The notes under the pieces were generated by a model. That model was not told where the DNA came from. It did no database searches and saw nothing but the letters and a program-made list of their open reading frames with translations. A stretch of 64,000 nt of DNA from Hormiphora californensis (lineage: Eukaryota; Animalia; Ctenophora). Shown in pieces: positions 51,836-63,040 of this stretch. The stretch spans positions 6,510,001 to 6,574,000 of the forward strand of contig CM035355.1 in the NCBI GenBank assembly GCA_020137815.1. Direction: 5' to 3'. The position numbers and the translations under genes were made by a program. Positions within the stretch are counted from its first letter, which is position 1; every line of letters starts with the position of its first letter.

Positions 51836-54417
51836 ATGTCCGGAGGTCTACCCTGTCTTGCTCTAGTTAAAGAGGACGTGCACAAGATGCTCGCTGCCTC
51901 ATCTCACCTCGGTGCTGCCAACTGTACTTTCCAGGTATGTATCAAGCGTATTTCTTTTATTGAAACCCCTGGTCTTAATAGGCCATCCCATACTTTCATA
52001 CACAACCTTGCCCACCCTCTCCCAGTATATAGTGATTTATTTTTAAATCATCTCTTTTCAACTTCTGTCGTGCCTTAACAATCCACTATCTTAGTGAACT
52101 AAGTTATGGGGGCTAGCCCTAGCACTATTTTAACTTTTCAAGAACAGGTCTTGGGCAATAGTAGGGATGTCCCGACTTTATTTAGTTAAAGTATGTTAAG
52201 GCCTAGTAACTTTCCCATATCCATAGTCCATAAATTAATTTCCCGCCCTTAAGTACTTTCCTTTCAATTCATTTTTGTTAAACCATCCATTATATACGCC
52301 ACTATCAACTGTAGCACACCAAGTTACTCATCAAGCCATCAATTCTAACTCGTTAACCAATGTGTATTGAATAGGTATGAACTTACTCTCCACTTTAAAA
52401 TCAAACTCCGGTAGACTTATTTACGATCTTAACTCAATTATCAAAATTAAAGGGGAATTAAAGTTTTCCAAACTTAGCCTGTGACTACTGGGAAGGAGTG
52501 AGAACACTCCCTGGGTGTGTGTCCAGCACGTGTCCTCGCTTATTATGTTTTAACCCTTCCTTCGGAGCTCGCGAAAAGTGGGTCGAGCTAGGCAAGTCCA
52601 AACCTCAGTTTTCACCCTATCCGCCTTCACCACACTCTTCACAGCTCTAACTGCTACATAGATTCGACACAGAAAACGCAAATTTCAATCACACCGGCCT
52701 CTGCTACTTATACTTTCTGACATTTTTATTCACCTTTCTTGCTACACGCGCTGTACCACAGTGAAAAGACGGCTTGAGGACAGGCTTACTACAGTCACTT
52801 CAGTCTGTCCCCGAGCGGTCTCTTTACTATCGCACATTTCTCCCACGGTCACATTCTTACACACCATTGCTCAGTTTGGCGCGCGCGTAGTCACCCATCC
52901 ACTGAGAGCTCACTCTCTTCAGCACGATAGGCGAACAACTTTTAGCGCGCAACTAGCACACATCCTGTCTCTGCTAAGTCCCCGCCCCAACTTTCAACCA
53001 CCCTGACCCAGTCCCCGCTCAAACCTCTAACCACCTAGCCCGCCCGTCCCGAACCACCAAGTCACACAATTCTCTGATATCACCTAACCCTCCCTATCTC
53101 TCAGATGGAGAACTACGTCTTCAAGAAGAGGTCAGAGTCATGTGTCATTGACATCAAGAAAACCTGGGAGAAGCTGCTACTGGCTGCCCGAGTGATCGCC
53201 AGTATTGAGAACCCTGCTGATGTGTGTGTCATCTCATCCCGAAACTTCGGTCAGGTGAGAAAATCCTGGCTAACAGCCAACAATGCGTCATACTTTGGAT
53301 TACGGTTTCCTTCCGTTGTCCAACGGAACACGCTACACTAAACCTTGTTTTGTTCAACGTGCTGTCTCTTGTGACACGTTCTTGTTGGAAAAACTCGGAA
53401 CATTTCTTTCCCAATAGATTTACTATTTACTTCAAACCATTCAAAATAATTCTAACTAACGCAACTAAAACAGTGTAACTAACCCACTTCATTCCTTTCA
53501 GAGGGCTGTCCTGAAATTCGCTTCTCACACTTCCTCCACCGCTATCGCCGGACGATTCACACCCGGAACCTTCACTAACCAGATCCAGGCTGCTTTCAAG
53601 GAGCCTCGACTTCTCGTTGTGACTGATCCCCGTGCTGATCATCAGGTAAGAGAGAGCTGAGAGAGGTTTCGTTTTATAACAATTTGAATCTTAGTTTTCT
53701 AAGTGATCCCATCACGACCTATTTAACACACTCCCTCTCTCCAGGCTATCATGGAGAGCAGCTATGTGAACATCCCTGTCATTGCTTTCTGTAACACTGA
53801 CTCCCCCACCAAATATGTCGACATCGCCATCCCTTGCAACATCAAGAGTAAGTTTTGGAGGCGATGTAATCTTGGTTTCCTCCTTCAAAATATGATGAGA
53901 TGTTCTATCTATTAGGTGCCTAATTGGGTGCTGGTGATTTTAACATTAGCTCTATCTGACTATCAATCACTAAACAACTGTCATCTGATACCTCTCCAAA
54001 CATAGCAACTAACCCAATCTCTCTCCTCCAGGCAGCGACTCTATCGGTCTGATGTGGTGGATGCTTGCCCGTGAGGTCCTCCGAATGCGAGGCTCCATCC
54101 ACCGAACCGTCGAGTGGGACATCATGCCCGATCTCTTCTTCTACCGAGATGAAACCAAGGAAGCAGAGACAGAGGCTGCTGCTGAGATTGCAGCTGTTGA
54201 ATCAGCCCCTGCTTTCCCCGCACCCGCTGTTGATGCCTTCACTGCTCCCATTGTCCCTGAAGTTGCTGGAGAGCCCGCCACTATGATGCAACCTGCCTCT
54301 ACCTTCCCTGCTAAGGATCAGGATTGGACAGCTGGAGGTGAGGCTACTGGAGCCGACTGGGCTGCTGACGCTGGCGGCGACTGGGGCGCAGACACCAACA
54401 CAGACTGGGCCGCCTAA
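51836..54417 (+). CDS. RPSA: 40S ribosomal protein SA (uS2); 5 coding exons
   Basis: [10 protein letters not shown]...[61 protein letters not shown]-terminal DW repeats. Confidence 0.97.
53284..53405 (+). ncRNA. Candidate H/ACA snoRNA in RPSA intron 2
   Basis: Hairpin, ANANNA box (acacta), hairpin, then ACA plus 3 nt (acattt). Confidence 0.45.
53888..53963 (+). ncRNA. Box C/D snoRNA, SNORD44 (U44)-like, in RPSA intron 4
   Basis: Box C atgatga at 53892. Guide attagctcta is complementary to 18S UAGAGCUAAU. Box D ctga at 53956. Confidence 0.75.
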
Positions 54418-54628
54418 ATTATGCGGAACAGCCTTTTTTTAAGTTTATTTTAACCCGACCAAACAAATGGACGCAGTTTTATTCCTATCTTTATTTCCCT
54501 CCCCTCACTTACCCAGTTTTGCCTAGGATGTGCTATTCAACCTTAACCCTGTAAAATTACATGAACCCTCTACCTAAGTCTACAGATACTAACCCATGTC
54601 ACTTTGTAATAGCTAAAAGACCGCCACC

Positions 54629-55253
54629 ATGGTGCGAATGGATGTGTTGAACGACGCTCTCAGGTCGATTTATAACGCGGGAAAGCGAGGCAAGAGGCAG
54701 GTTCTCATCCGACCCAGCTCTAAAGTTATCATCAAGTTCCTTACCGTCATGATGAAACACGGTATGTGATTTTTTAACCTTCTCTTTGCTTTTCGGCTTG
54801 GAACATATCTTTATCTACCGAGAATACTGCACAAAATTAGTTCCCTGGGTTTGCTGTTGAATCTTTGAAGTTCTAACCAGCAATGTATCGGTTTTCACAA
54901 CTCATTGTGTAGCCTGATCCCCAACTCCTTTTCTCCAGCTCCTTGAGATATTGTGTAACGGTATAGAAACAAGTTTTAAAACAAGAGACCATGGCCCAAA
55001 CTGAGACCCATCTTCCCTGCTCACACAATGCCCAACCTCAATGTCGTCCAATCCAAGATGACCAACTCTATATCTCTGATCTGAGATCCCCAATTCTCTC
55101 TCTTTCCTTGGTGGCATTGTGTGTCAGGAGTTGGCTTGCATCACAGTTTGGTACCCATTGTTAGTACGTGCACTGCAAACTGAAAGGTTGGTAAGAGAGA
55201 TCTCAGAAATGACGTCACGCTACCCAGAGAGTTTGCTTTCTTAATCTCTGCAT

Positions 55254-55330
<77 letters not shown>

Positions 55331-55927
55331 CAAGAAAGCAAATCTCCAGGTCTGCCTGACTATTTGAGGTTCGAGTTCGGGCAACTTCTAGAAATCAGCA
55401 TACTAGTGTAGTGAGAAACTGAGAGATCAGCCTACCAGAAAAAGAGTGAAAATCGATAACCCAACCCCAAGTCACTCACCCCACACTCCACTACCCAGGT
55501 TACATTGATGAGTTCGAGGTGGTTGATGATCACCGAGCGGGAAAGATTGTTGTCTTCCTGAATGGACGTCTGAACAAGTGTGGCGTCATTAGTCCCCGAT
55601 TTGATGTGTGCATCACCGATATCGAAAAGTGGACCACCAACCTCCTACCATCTCGACAGTTCGGGTATGTTAACTGATCGTGTTGGTCCCTTCCTCCACT
55701 TGATAGAGCATCAACAAACTCCCAACCACTACACTTTCAAATATTAAATCCTTCCCCAGCTACCTCTTTCTAACCCCGGCCCCCCTCTCCCCACAGCTAC
55801 CTCGTTTTTACCCCCCTTCCCCTCGTTCCACAGCTACCTCGTTTTAACGACATCCTCTGGTATCATGGATCATGAAGAAGCAAGGCGGAAGCACACAGGA
55901 GGAAAGATCCTCGGTTTCTTCTACTAG
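54629..55927 (+). CDS. RPS15A: 40S ribosomal protein S15a (uS8); 3 coding exons
   Basis: [11 protein letters not shown]...[52 protein letters not shown]. Confidence 0.97.
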
Positions 55928-56199
55928 AAGTTTTATACTGGAACTTTTAATTTTATCTCAGTAAAAAACCTTTTCTTTCGTCTCTGTCTATCAAATTTGG
56001 GTATTGGTCCTTCTCTGACTCCTCTCTATTTCTCTCTGGGGTTTTTCTCTATTTGACCAGTACCCAAAAGTACCTCCTTGACGTCTTTCAAACTATAACT
56101 AACCATAATTCTCCCTGGTTCTGGAGAGGACCACACATTCCTGGAATTTTCTAAACAGGTAAACCTAGATGGGGATTTCGGGTGGGGTACTTTTTATCT

Positions 56200-56312
56200 G
56201 AACTGATGAGTTTGAAAATCTTTGATAGGAATTGCCGTCTGAATTTATTGATGCCAAATTAGATCTGATCATACAGAATTAGCAATGTGAGATCTCAATA
56301 CCTGATCTGATT
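56200..56312 (+). ncRNA. Box C/D snoRNA, SNORD65/snR77-like guide
   Basis: ctgatga ... ggaattgccgt-ctga pairs with 18S GCGGUAAUUCC using two G-U pairs; the D+5 position falls on the U. Confidence 0.6.
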
Positions 56313-56473
56313 TCTAACTCATTCTCCTTTTCATCAGCTCTCTGGCTGGGAACTGATATTAGAAGAGCTCTGGAACACTTGGAACCCCATTGGAACACTT
56401 AGAACATTCTCCCCTGGAATATTTTAAACAGGTAAAAAGGGGGGCTTTGGGACGTGGGGTTATTTGTTTCTAA

Positions 56474-56572
56474 CATGTGATGTCATCTGATTCCCCGACT
56501 GAATTTATTGATGCCATATTAGATCTGATCATTCAGAATAGGAAACATGAGATCTAAATTCCTGATCTGATT
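56474..56572 (+). ncRNA. Box C/D snoRNA, paralogue of 56200-56312 with a different first guide
   Basis: gtgatgt ... ctgattccccg-a-ctga is complementary to 18S CGGGGAAUCAG. The 3' part is near-identical to the upstream copy. Confidence 0.55.
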
Positions 56573-56703
56573 TCTAACTCATTCTCCTTTTCATCAGATC
56601 TCTGGCTGGAACTGATATTACAAGAGCTCTGGAACACTAGGAACATTCTTCCCTAATTCTGGAACAATGGAACAGTACCCATCTGGAACATCTCCAGAAT
56701 CTT

Positions 56704-58737
56704 GGGGGGGGTCGTCATGTTAATGTTAATGTTTCATGAAAATTTTTAAAATGTTAACATTAACATTATTAACATTATTAACATTATTAACATTATTAAC
56801 AAAAAAAAGAAGCTTTTTTAAGTCTTTTTGAAGCTTTTAATCCCGCTTTAATAGATCATTTGCGTTATTTTTGACAATATTATACGTACTACCCATCCAA
56901 TCAACACTGATATACAGTCGAACCCCGATTTAATGGCCCCCGATTTAGTGGCACCCCGATTTAGTGGCAGGATTTTTTCCCCAAAAATTTTTTGAATTTT
57001 TTTTGTGAATTTTTTTTTGAATTTTTTTGACCCGCCACTAGTGCGGTAATATGACGAAAATTTTTCGGCATAATCGTTCTAAAGCTAATTCCACTTCTAG
57101 GGTACTCTATACGCACAAGTTACAGATTGCTACCCTGATATCCGGGGGACGATCCCAGGCATCAGGGCACGGCGCGTTCCTGCATGCCCGGCCATCATGA
57201 TGCCCGGGCACGCAGATGGTTCTGTGTGAACCATGTGACATTGCTGCGCGTCACGTAAACTGAATGGAAAGTAGTACTCACGCGCACCGTCAGCACTCAC
57301 TTGCTTCCCGAGCTTGGGAACTGCCGAGCTCGGGAACTGATGCCTGGGAATCTCTAACTGGTGCCATAGGGTCCCTAGAATCAACCCCTGAAGTTGTCGC
57401 AAGATCGGCGATGAAGAACTTGCCTTAATTGGGCCTAATTGGTTACAGGGTGCTTTCAGCCTGAAGCCAAAACCATAAGTACCCTTAAAATAGGAGTATA
57501 GACAAAACCGAGGGCACTAAAGTGATCAGCGTCCTCGCATTAGTGGGGGTAGGTGCTGGAATTAAGTCTCTATCTCATCTGGTTAATTAGTTAATTGGAT
57601 AATTAGATCTGCACATAGCCGTTTTCGGCCATATGGCTATAGCCACTTAGGAATGGTTTAGAGACATTTCACGGGTGCCATCTTGTAGACAATGGCCAAG
57701 TTGTGGGTGGTCGACGTCGGACTTTTATGCTCTATCTCCAACCGTTTAGCCGTTATTTGGTTTGCTCAAAATCGGGCTTTTTACCGTTTTTTGCTCATTT
57801 TGAGCACCTTTAAAGCCAAATAACGGCTAAACGGTTGGAGATAGAGCTTAAAAGTCCGACGTCGACCCCCCATAACTTGGCCATTGTCTACAAGATGGCA
57901 CCAGTGAAATGTCTCTAAACCATTCCTAAGTGGCTACAGCCATATGGCCGAAAACGGCTATGTGCAGATCTAATTATCCAATTAACTAATTAACCAAATG
58001 AGACTTAATTCCAGCACCTACCCCCACTAATGCGAGGACGCTGACCATTTTAGTGCCCTCGGTTTTGTCTCTACTCCTTTCCTAACATAGCTATAGCCAT
58101 ATGGCCAAAAACGGCTATGCGCAGAGCTGATTATCCAATTATCTGATTAACCAGATGAGATAGAGACTTAATTCCAGCACCTACCCCCACTAATGCGAGG
58201 ACGCTGATCACTTTAGTGCCCTCGGTTTTGTCTCTACTCCTATTTATGGTTTTGGCTTCAGGCTGAAAGCACCCTGTAACCAATCAGGCCCAATTAATGC
58301 AATTTCTTTATCGCCGATCTTGCGACAACTTCAGGGGTTGTTTCTAGGGACCCTATAGAGTATCCTAGAAGTGGAATTAGCTTTAGAACGATTATTTACG
58401 AAATTTTCGTCATATTACCGCACTATTTATACATTAAACTGGTGTTCTTCACTCGTATACCCCTCCTTTGTTATAATGACCCTTTTCTTACCTCAAAACC
58501 TTTGATGAAATCCAAACAATTATCCTAGCTATGAAATATCTGCCATGGGAGATAGTGAGTTTATGATAGAAACACCTAAACACACCTAAAAACACATAAA
58601 ACAGCTATAAACCGACTAAAAACATCTAAAACGCGATTTTTGTTAATTTTGTTAACTTTGTTAATTTTGTTAATGTTTCACCAAGGGTCGTTTGTTAATT
58701 AACAAAACATTAACAAAATTAACATGACGACCCCCCC
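56704..58737. mobile_element. Nested TIR elements: outer element with GG termini, containing a ~1.4-kb palindrome (57038-58424) that carries a ~250-bp insert (~57113-57365)
   Basis: TIR gggggggtcgtcatgttaat / attaacatgacgaccccccc; 7-bp TSD gaatctt; internal arms tagtgcggtaatatgacgaaaa / ttttcgtcatattaccgcacta. Confidence 0.85.
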
Positions 58738-58775
58738 GAATCTTGTAAGTGGAACCCCCAATATTTCTTGTTCAT

Positions 58776-58835
58776 TTATATGATGACATGTTATAGTAAT
58801 GATTGGACGTGTTACTTTAGAGTTATTCTGAAGCT
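58776..58835 (+). ncRNA. Box C/D snoRNA candidate, target unassigned
   Basis: atgatga at 58780, ctga at 58828, intronic position. Confidence 0.5.
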
Positions 58836-59049
58836 TCAACACAACTTTCCTTGATTCTATTCTGCAATACTGAAATTAACATTGCAAAGCCTCTTTTGGA
58901 TTTTAGTTTTCACAAAAATCCTGACAGTGTGTTTTCTTTTTCAGCTTGGGACAACACGACCGATTACCAACATTGGATGATAATGCCTGCTCTACTCATT
59001 ATTTGGTAAGCAGCTACAAGCCAATTCCATCTCACTCCAATATTCCCAT

Positions 59050-59130
59050 AACAATGATGACCTCTAACCGATTGATAAGACGTGGTGTTTTTGCGTCCGT
59101 GAAATCTAAACATTAGCTCTATCTGACTCT
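59050..59130 (+). ncRNA. Box C/D snoRNA, second SNORD44-like copy
   Basis: atgatga at 59054. aacattagctctatctgac is identical to the copy in RPSA intron 4. Confidence 0.75.
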
Positions 59131-59298
59131 CCTCTAATAACACCCTTGTTATATCTTGGTACATCTCCCCTGATCTAACACAGGTCTTACTCTACAGGTC
59201 AAAACAACAACCAAGTTCCTCCCTGTGTAACGACTGAAGATGTATCACTTTATACAGATGGTAAGTGCCAACACATCTCTCTAGCTCTCTAACTAACA

Positions 59299-59379
59299 TT
59301 ATATGATGACGCTTTACTAATCGGAAAAGGTCACACTTTGTGCCGACTATCCAACAAAGTTTCATTCTTGTCTGACTTA
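59299..59379 (+). ncRNA. Box C/D snoRNA candidate
   Basis: atgatga at 59303, ctga at 59372. Guide tttcattcttg is imperfectly complementary to 18S CAAGAACGAAA. Confidence 0.5.
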
Positions 59380-60591
59380 AAACTAATGATCTGTACCAAT
59401 ATTAACTCTTCTGTAACTGGGTGTCTGTAAACGTTTTGTTTTTCAGGTATCCTTCTACAGTCTCTGATATATATGTATTATGTGGAATAACCTCTCTAGC
59501 TTTGGTAAGTTTACAGCTAGTTTTAGAACACCCCCCCCCTACACGGGTCAGTCAGCAGTGATGTTAGTAACACCCCCTGTTACAACTTTCCAAACACCCC
59601 TGCGTTACACCCGTGTTACACCAACTGACGACCAGATGGACTGTGATCCCTGGACCTGGATCCGTTTTGGACCAGACTCCCAGGTCCGATCCATCGCCCC
59701 CCTTTTAGTCAGTGTTGACGGGTGTGTCCTGTAACGGTGTTAGTGTCGTACCAGGCTCCATACAAGTCACACAATTACCCCTCTTTATAACCCTCGATGT
59801 TGTTGTACCCGGCAGCATTTTAACGGTCAATTCTTTTTTCAGGGACTTCTGATTCCTGATTGAACGTTTGGAGCACAACTGGATCACCTGCTTTGAATGA
59901 TACGGTAAGTTACTAAACATTAAGCTTCACTACACCCCCCATCCCACTTTGCAAGCCTCCTTAAGGCCGCCAGTTGACTCACAACCCAACTCTCCCCTCT
60001 CTTTCACGAGAGAAAGGGGTAGAGAGAGATAATGTGGTCCCAACCTCCCAGACATGTGACCCTCTCCTTGAATGTGTGCCCTAACAGTTTCGCCTGTAGG
60101 GTGTCCCCTCTTGGAGTGTGTATTTCAGTTTCGCCTGTTTTGTGTGCCTCTCAGTTTCTCCTGTAAGGCCCGCCACATGTCTGTGTTGTTGGTACCACAT
60201 CATCTCTACCGTGGTGTCCCCTACACAACCATGCAGGGTATAACTGATGTCTGAGTCATGGGCTTGCTAGACAAAACCCCACCTCCTTACCCCGGCCGTT
60301 GGGTCCAGTTTTTGGGCTCAACATCAGTCAGGGTTTGGTGATTATTTTCGGTGTTGGGTTGGAGTCGAGGCAGGGTTGATATTCCTTGTCTCACCCCGCC
60401 AATCCTAGACCTACAATTCATTTCAAACTTTTCAAATTCTAACAGTTTTTATCAACTCTTTGCTAAAACGTTCCTTATTTACCTATCAGGTCCTAAAGAA
60501 ACGTCTGGATATTACAACAGCCACGATACATGATACCCACTGCAGTGCTAACGGTAAGACCATGTTCCTCATCGCCCCTTCGTTGTGTCTT

Positions 60592-61203
60592 TGAGTGATG
60601 ATTTTATCACGACGGTCATCTGATTTAGAATGAGTTTGAAAAACCGTGATACTGACCCTTTTTAGATCTAATTAGTTAGCACAAATCAGCCTCGATGAAA
60701 GTGTGTCTTAACACTCGTTTCGCTTCAGGTACAATTCCGTCAAAACTACAACTGCACTACAAGAATTCGACTTTCAAAGCCTTACAAAGTACCGCTAATT
60801 CTTAGGTGAGTTTCTGTCCCTATTTCCCTGATCTACCGGGGATCTACCGAACCCGAAATAAAATGCGGTGTTAGCTACACAATTGCCCCCCCCCCCCTTT
60901 GAAAATTTGAGTGATGATTTTATCACGACGGTCATCTGATTTAGAATGAGTTTGAAAAACCGTGATACTGACCCAATTTTGAAACCTAAAACACTTCATC
61001 CCCTATTACCGCATGGTTAACATTCGCTTCTTTCCAGATAAAACCCAAAGCCGCCGCCAGGAGTCAACCTTCAACTCCGGCCCGCCACTTCTTGGGTGAG
61101 TTTCTGTCCCTGCCCCCCCCCCCCCCTCTGAAAATTTGAGTGATGATTTTATCACGACGGTCATCTGATTTAGAATGAGTTTGAAAAACCGTGATACTGA
61201 CCC
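60592..61203 (+). ncRNA. Three identical box C/D snoRNAs, SNORD35/snR73-like (60595-60655, 60911-60971, 61140-61200)
   Basis: gtgatga, tcacgacggtc-at-ctga (D'), atgagt (C'), ctga (D). The guide pairs with LSU GACCGUCGUGA, and D'+5 is the C equivalent to yeast Cm2959. Confidence 0.8.
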
Positions 61204-61363
61204 ATTTTGAAACTTCACAATTATCTCCCTCTCAAAAAGTTTCTAACAACTATCTTTTCCTCACAGGTCTACGATATAAGGAACTTTTACTGCTACGGTT
61301 TCGGGCTGCTTCTTGTTACCAAAAGTAAGATAACGTTCCCCTTTTTATTTCTCCCATCCCTCT

Positions 61364-61434
61364 ACCATGTGATGTAACATTGTACCTGACATAAACAGTG
61401 ATGTTTTTAGTACACTAGATAGTATCTGATGGTT
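61364..61434 (+). ncRNA. Box C/D snoRNA candidate targeting the LSU UACUAUCUAG region
   Basis: Terminal stem accat/atggt; C, D', C' and D boxes; guide ctagatagta. Confidence 0.65.
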
Positions 61435-61979
61435 TAACATCGAAATGTTAAGTTGTTTATGTTGACAACTTTGTTAACACATCTCTCTTTTTTCAGACTT
61501 ACACTCTGTGGATTTCATCGGGGCGAGCAGCGAGATATGTGTTTCAATTTCAAGGTAAATAGAGCCATTATTTCCCTCGATTTTGTACCCGACCCTACTT
61601 CAATTTCACTCAAAACTGAAGGAGGGTTGGGTACTGCAGTATTGGTATACTGTATTTTTATACTGTACTGGTATACTGTACTTTGCTAGTTCTTTTCACT
61701 TGTTTGTCTTCCTTATAGACACCGAGCTGTATAACATAGCAATAGCACAACACCATGTGGTTACTATCAACCTGTTACAATATGTTACTGGTTGAACCAT
61801 CGTGATACACACTTCTCCCAAATTAATATCCCTCCTTTTATATCTTCTTTTTTCCGTATCTAACCGGTTACTATTCTTCAGTGTTGTTAACAAAAGAGGG
61901 ACAAGGTTCAAGCAGGAGATTGTTATCAATAACAAAGGTAATTGCAATTTCCCCCATGTGACTATCACACTGGCACATA

Positions 61980-62054
61980 TTTAATGATGATCAACAAACA
62001 CCATCTTTCGGCTGATACCAAGTGATTATGCCACTCTAGACCAGATCTGATACC
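61980..62054 (+). ncRNA. Box C/D snoRNA, SNORD32/51 (snR39)-like
   Basis: atgatga-tcaacaaac-accatctttcgg-ctga. The guide pairs with LSU CCGAAAGAUGGU, and D'+5 is the A equivalent to yeast Am807. Confidence 0.8.
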
Positions 62055-62226
62055 TTCTCCCTGTTTTATCTGGTAATGGGTGGGTTAGCACATTTCTAAC
62101 CACAGTCATCTAACCAGAATAATCTATTTCAGGAAGCCTACATTGGAACACGTTGACCCACTCTTCCGATTCAGCGGAAACCATTACACAGGTGTGTATT
62201 AGGGCCTGTTTTTATCTTTCTTATTT

Positions 62227-62296
62227 TACCATGATGTATAAACCTTTCCAAATGAATAGCAACGTGATGCTAAACGTATTCATACTGTCTGAGACA
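62227..62296 (+). ncRNA. Box C/D snoRNA, SNORD41 (snR51)-like
   Basis: atgatgt ... gtgatgc ... cgtattcatactg-t-ctga is complementary to LSU CAGURYGAAUAC. Confidence 0.75.
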
Positions 62297-62659
62297 CCTT
62301 GACACAGATCTTGTCTCTCAACTGTCTTATAATCAGTATTTCTAACACGTTTACACTGTTTGCAGGTCAATTGAGGAAACTGGATTCTATCAAGTTGAAA
62401 GAACGGACAAGTCTTCAAATTTGAAATTCCCATTGGTGAAGTTGACGAGGGACAGACGACCTTGCTGGCGAGAGAGTGCAGTAGACGAGCCGAACTGGCG
62501 ATAAATCATGAGGATGAATTTAATTTGATTTGTTTTAATTTTGAAATTTACATGACTTGTTTATCTTTGTCGGAAAAAGGTCGGATGCCATGGTATTGGT
62601 TGGATCGGGAAGGCTCGCGGTTCATTTAGGGCGTCCTGTCAGGCCAATGCTCTGTCTAG

Positions 62660-63035
62660 CAGGTAGGCGGTAAATGTTAACCAGATCTGTGAGAATTTCG
62701 CACGTTTTTGCCCATAACTCAGTCATTTCTTGACCAATTTGCAAAATCTTTGGCTCATTGGAAAGAGGACATTGAGATCTCTCAAATGAGCTCAAGAAAA
62801 TGAAAATTGGTGCAAATTGCGCGGCGTGGTGGCGAAAACGCGCATTTTGCGCCATGACGCCGCGCATTTTGCGCCGATTTTAGTTTTATTGGGCTCATTT
62901 GAAAGAGCTCAATGTCCTCTTTCCAACGCGCCCAAGATTTTGCAAATTGGTCAAGAAATGACTGAATTATGGACAAAAACGTGGTGTTGCACGTACGTTT
63001 TCTCTCAGATCTGGTTAACATTTACCGCCTACCTG
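62660..63035. mobile_element. Palindromic MITE inserted into the first satellite unit
   Basis: TIR caggtaggcggtaaatgttaaccagatctg and a 5-bp TSD tctag. Confidence 0.85.
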
Positions 63036-63040
63036 TCTAG

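Larger units (their letters stand above)
56060..62530 (+). ncRNA. Multi-exon, apparently non-coding snoRNA host gene (GAS5/UHG-like); ends approximate
   Basis: More than 10 short exons with GT-AG introns and no sustained ORF. Most introns carry a C/D-box unit upstream of the 3' splice site. Confidence 0.75.

Noticed and set aside
60150-60420. Possible U17/snR30 (caaccatgcagg, atattcct) or telomerase RNA
   Set aside because: The m1/m2-like motifs are in the wrong order and in different hairpins, and there is no CUAACCCU template in this region.
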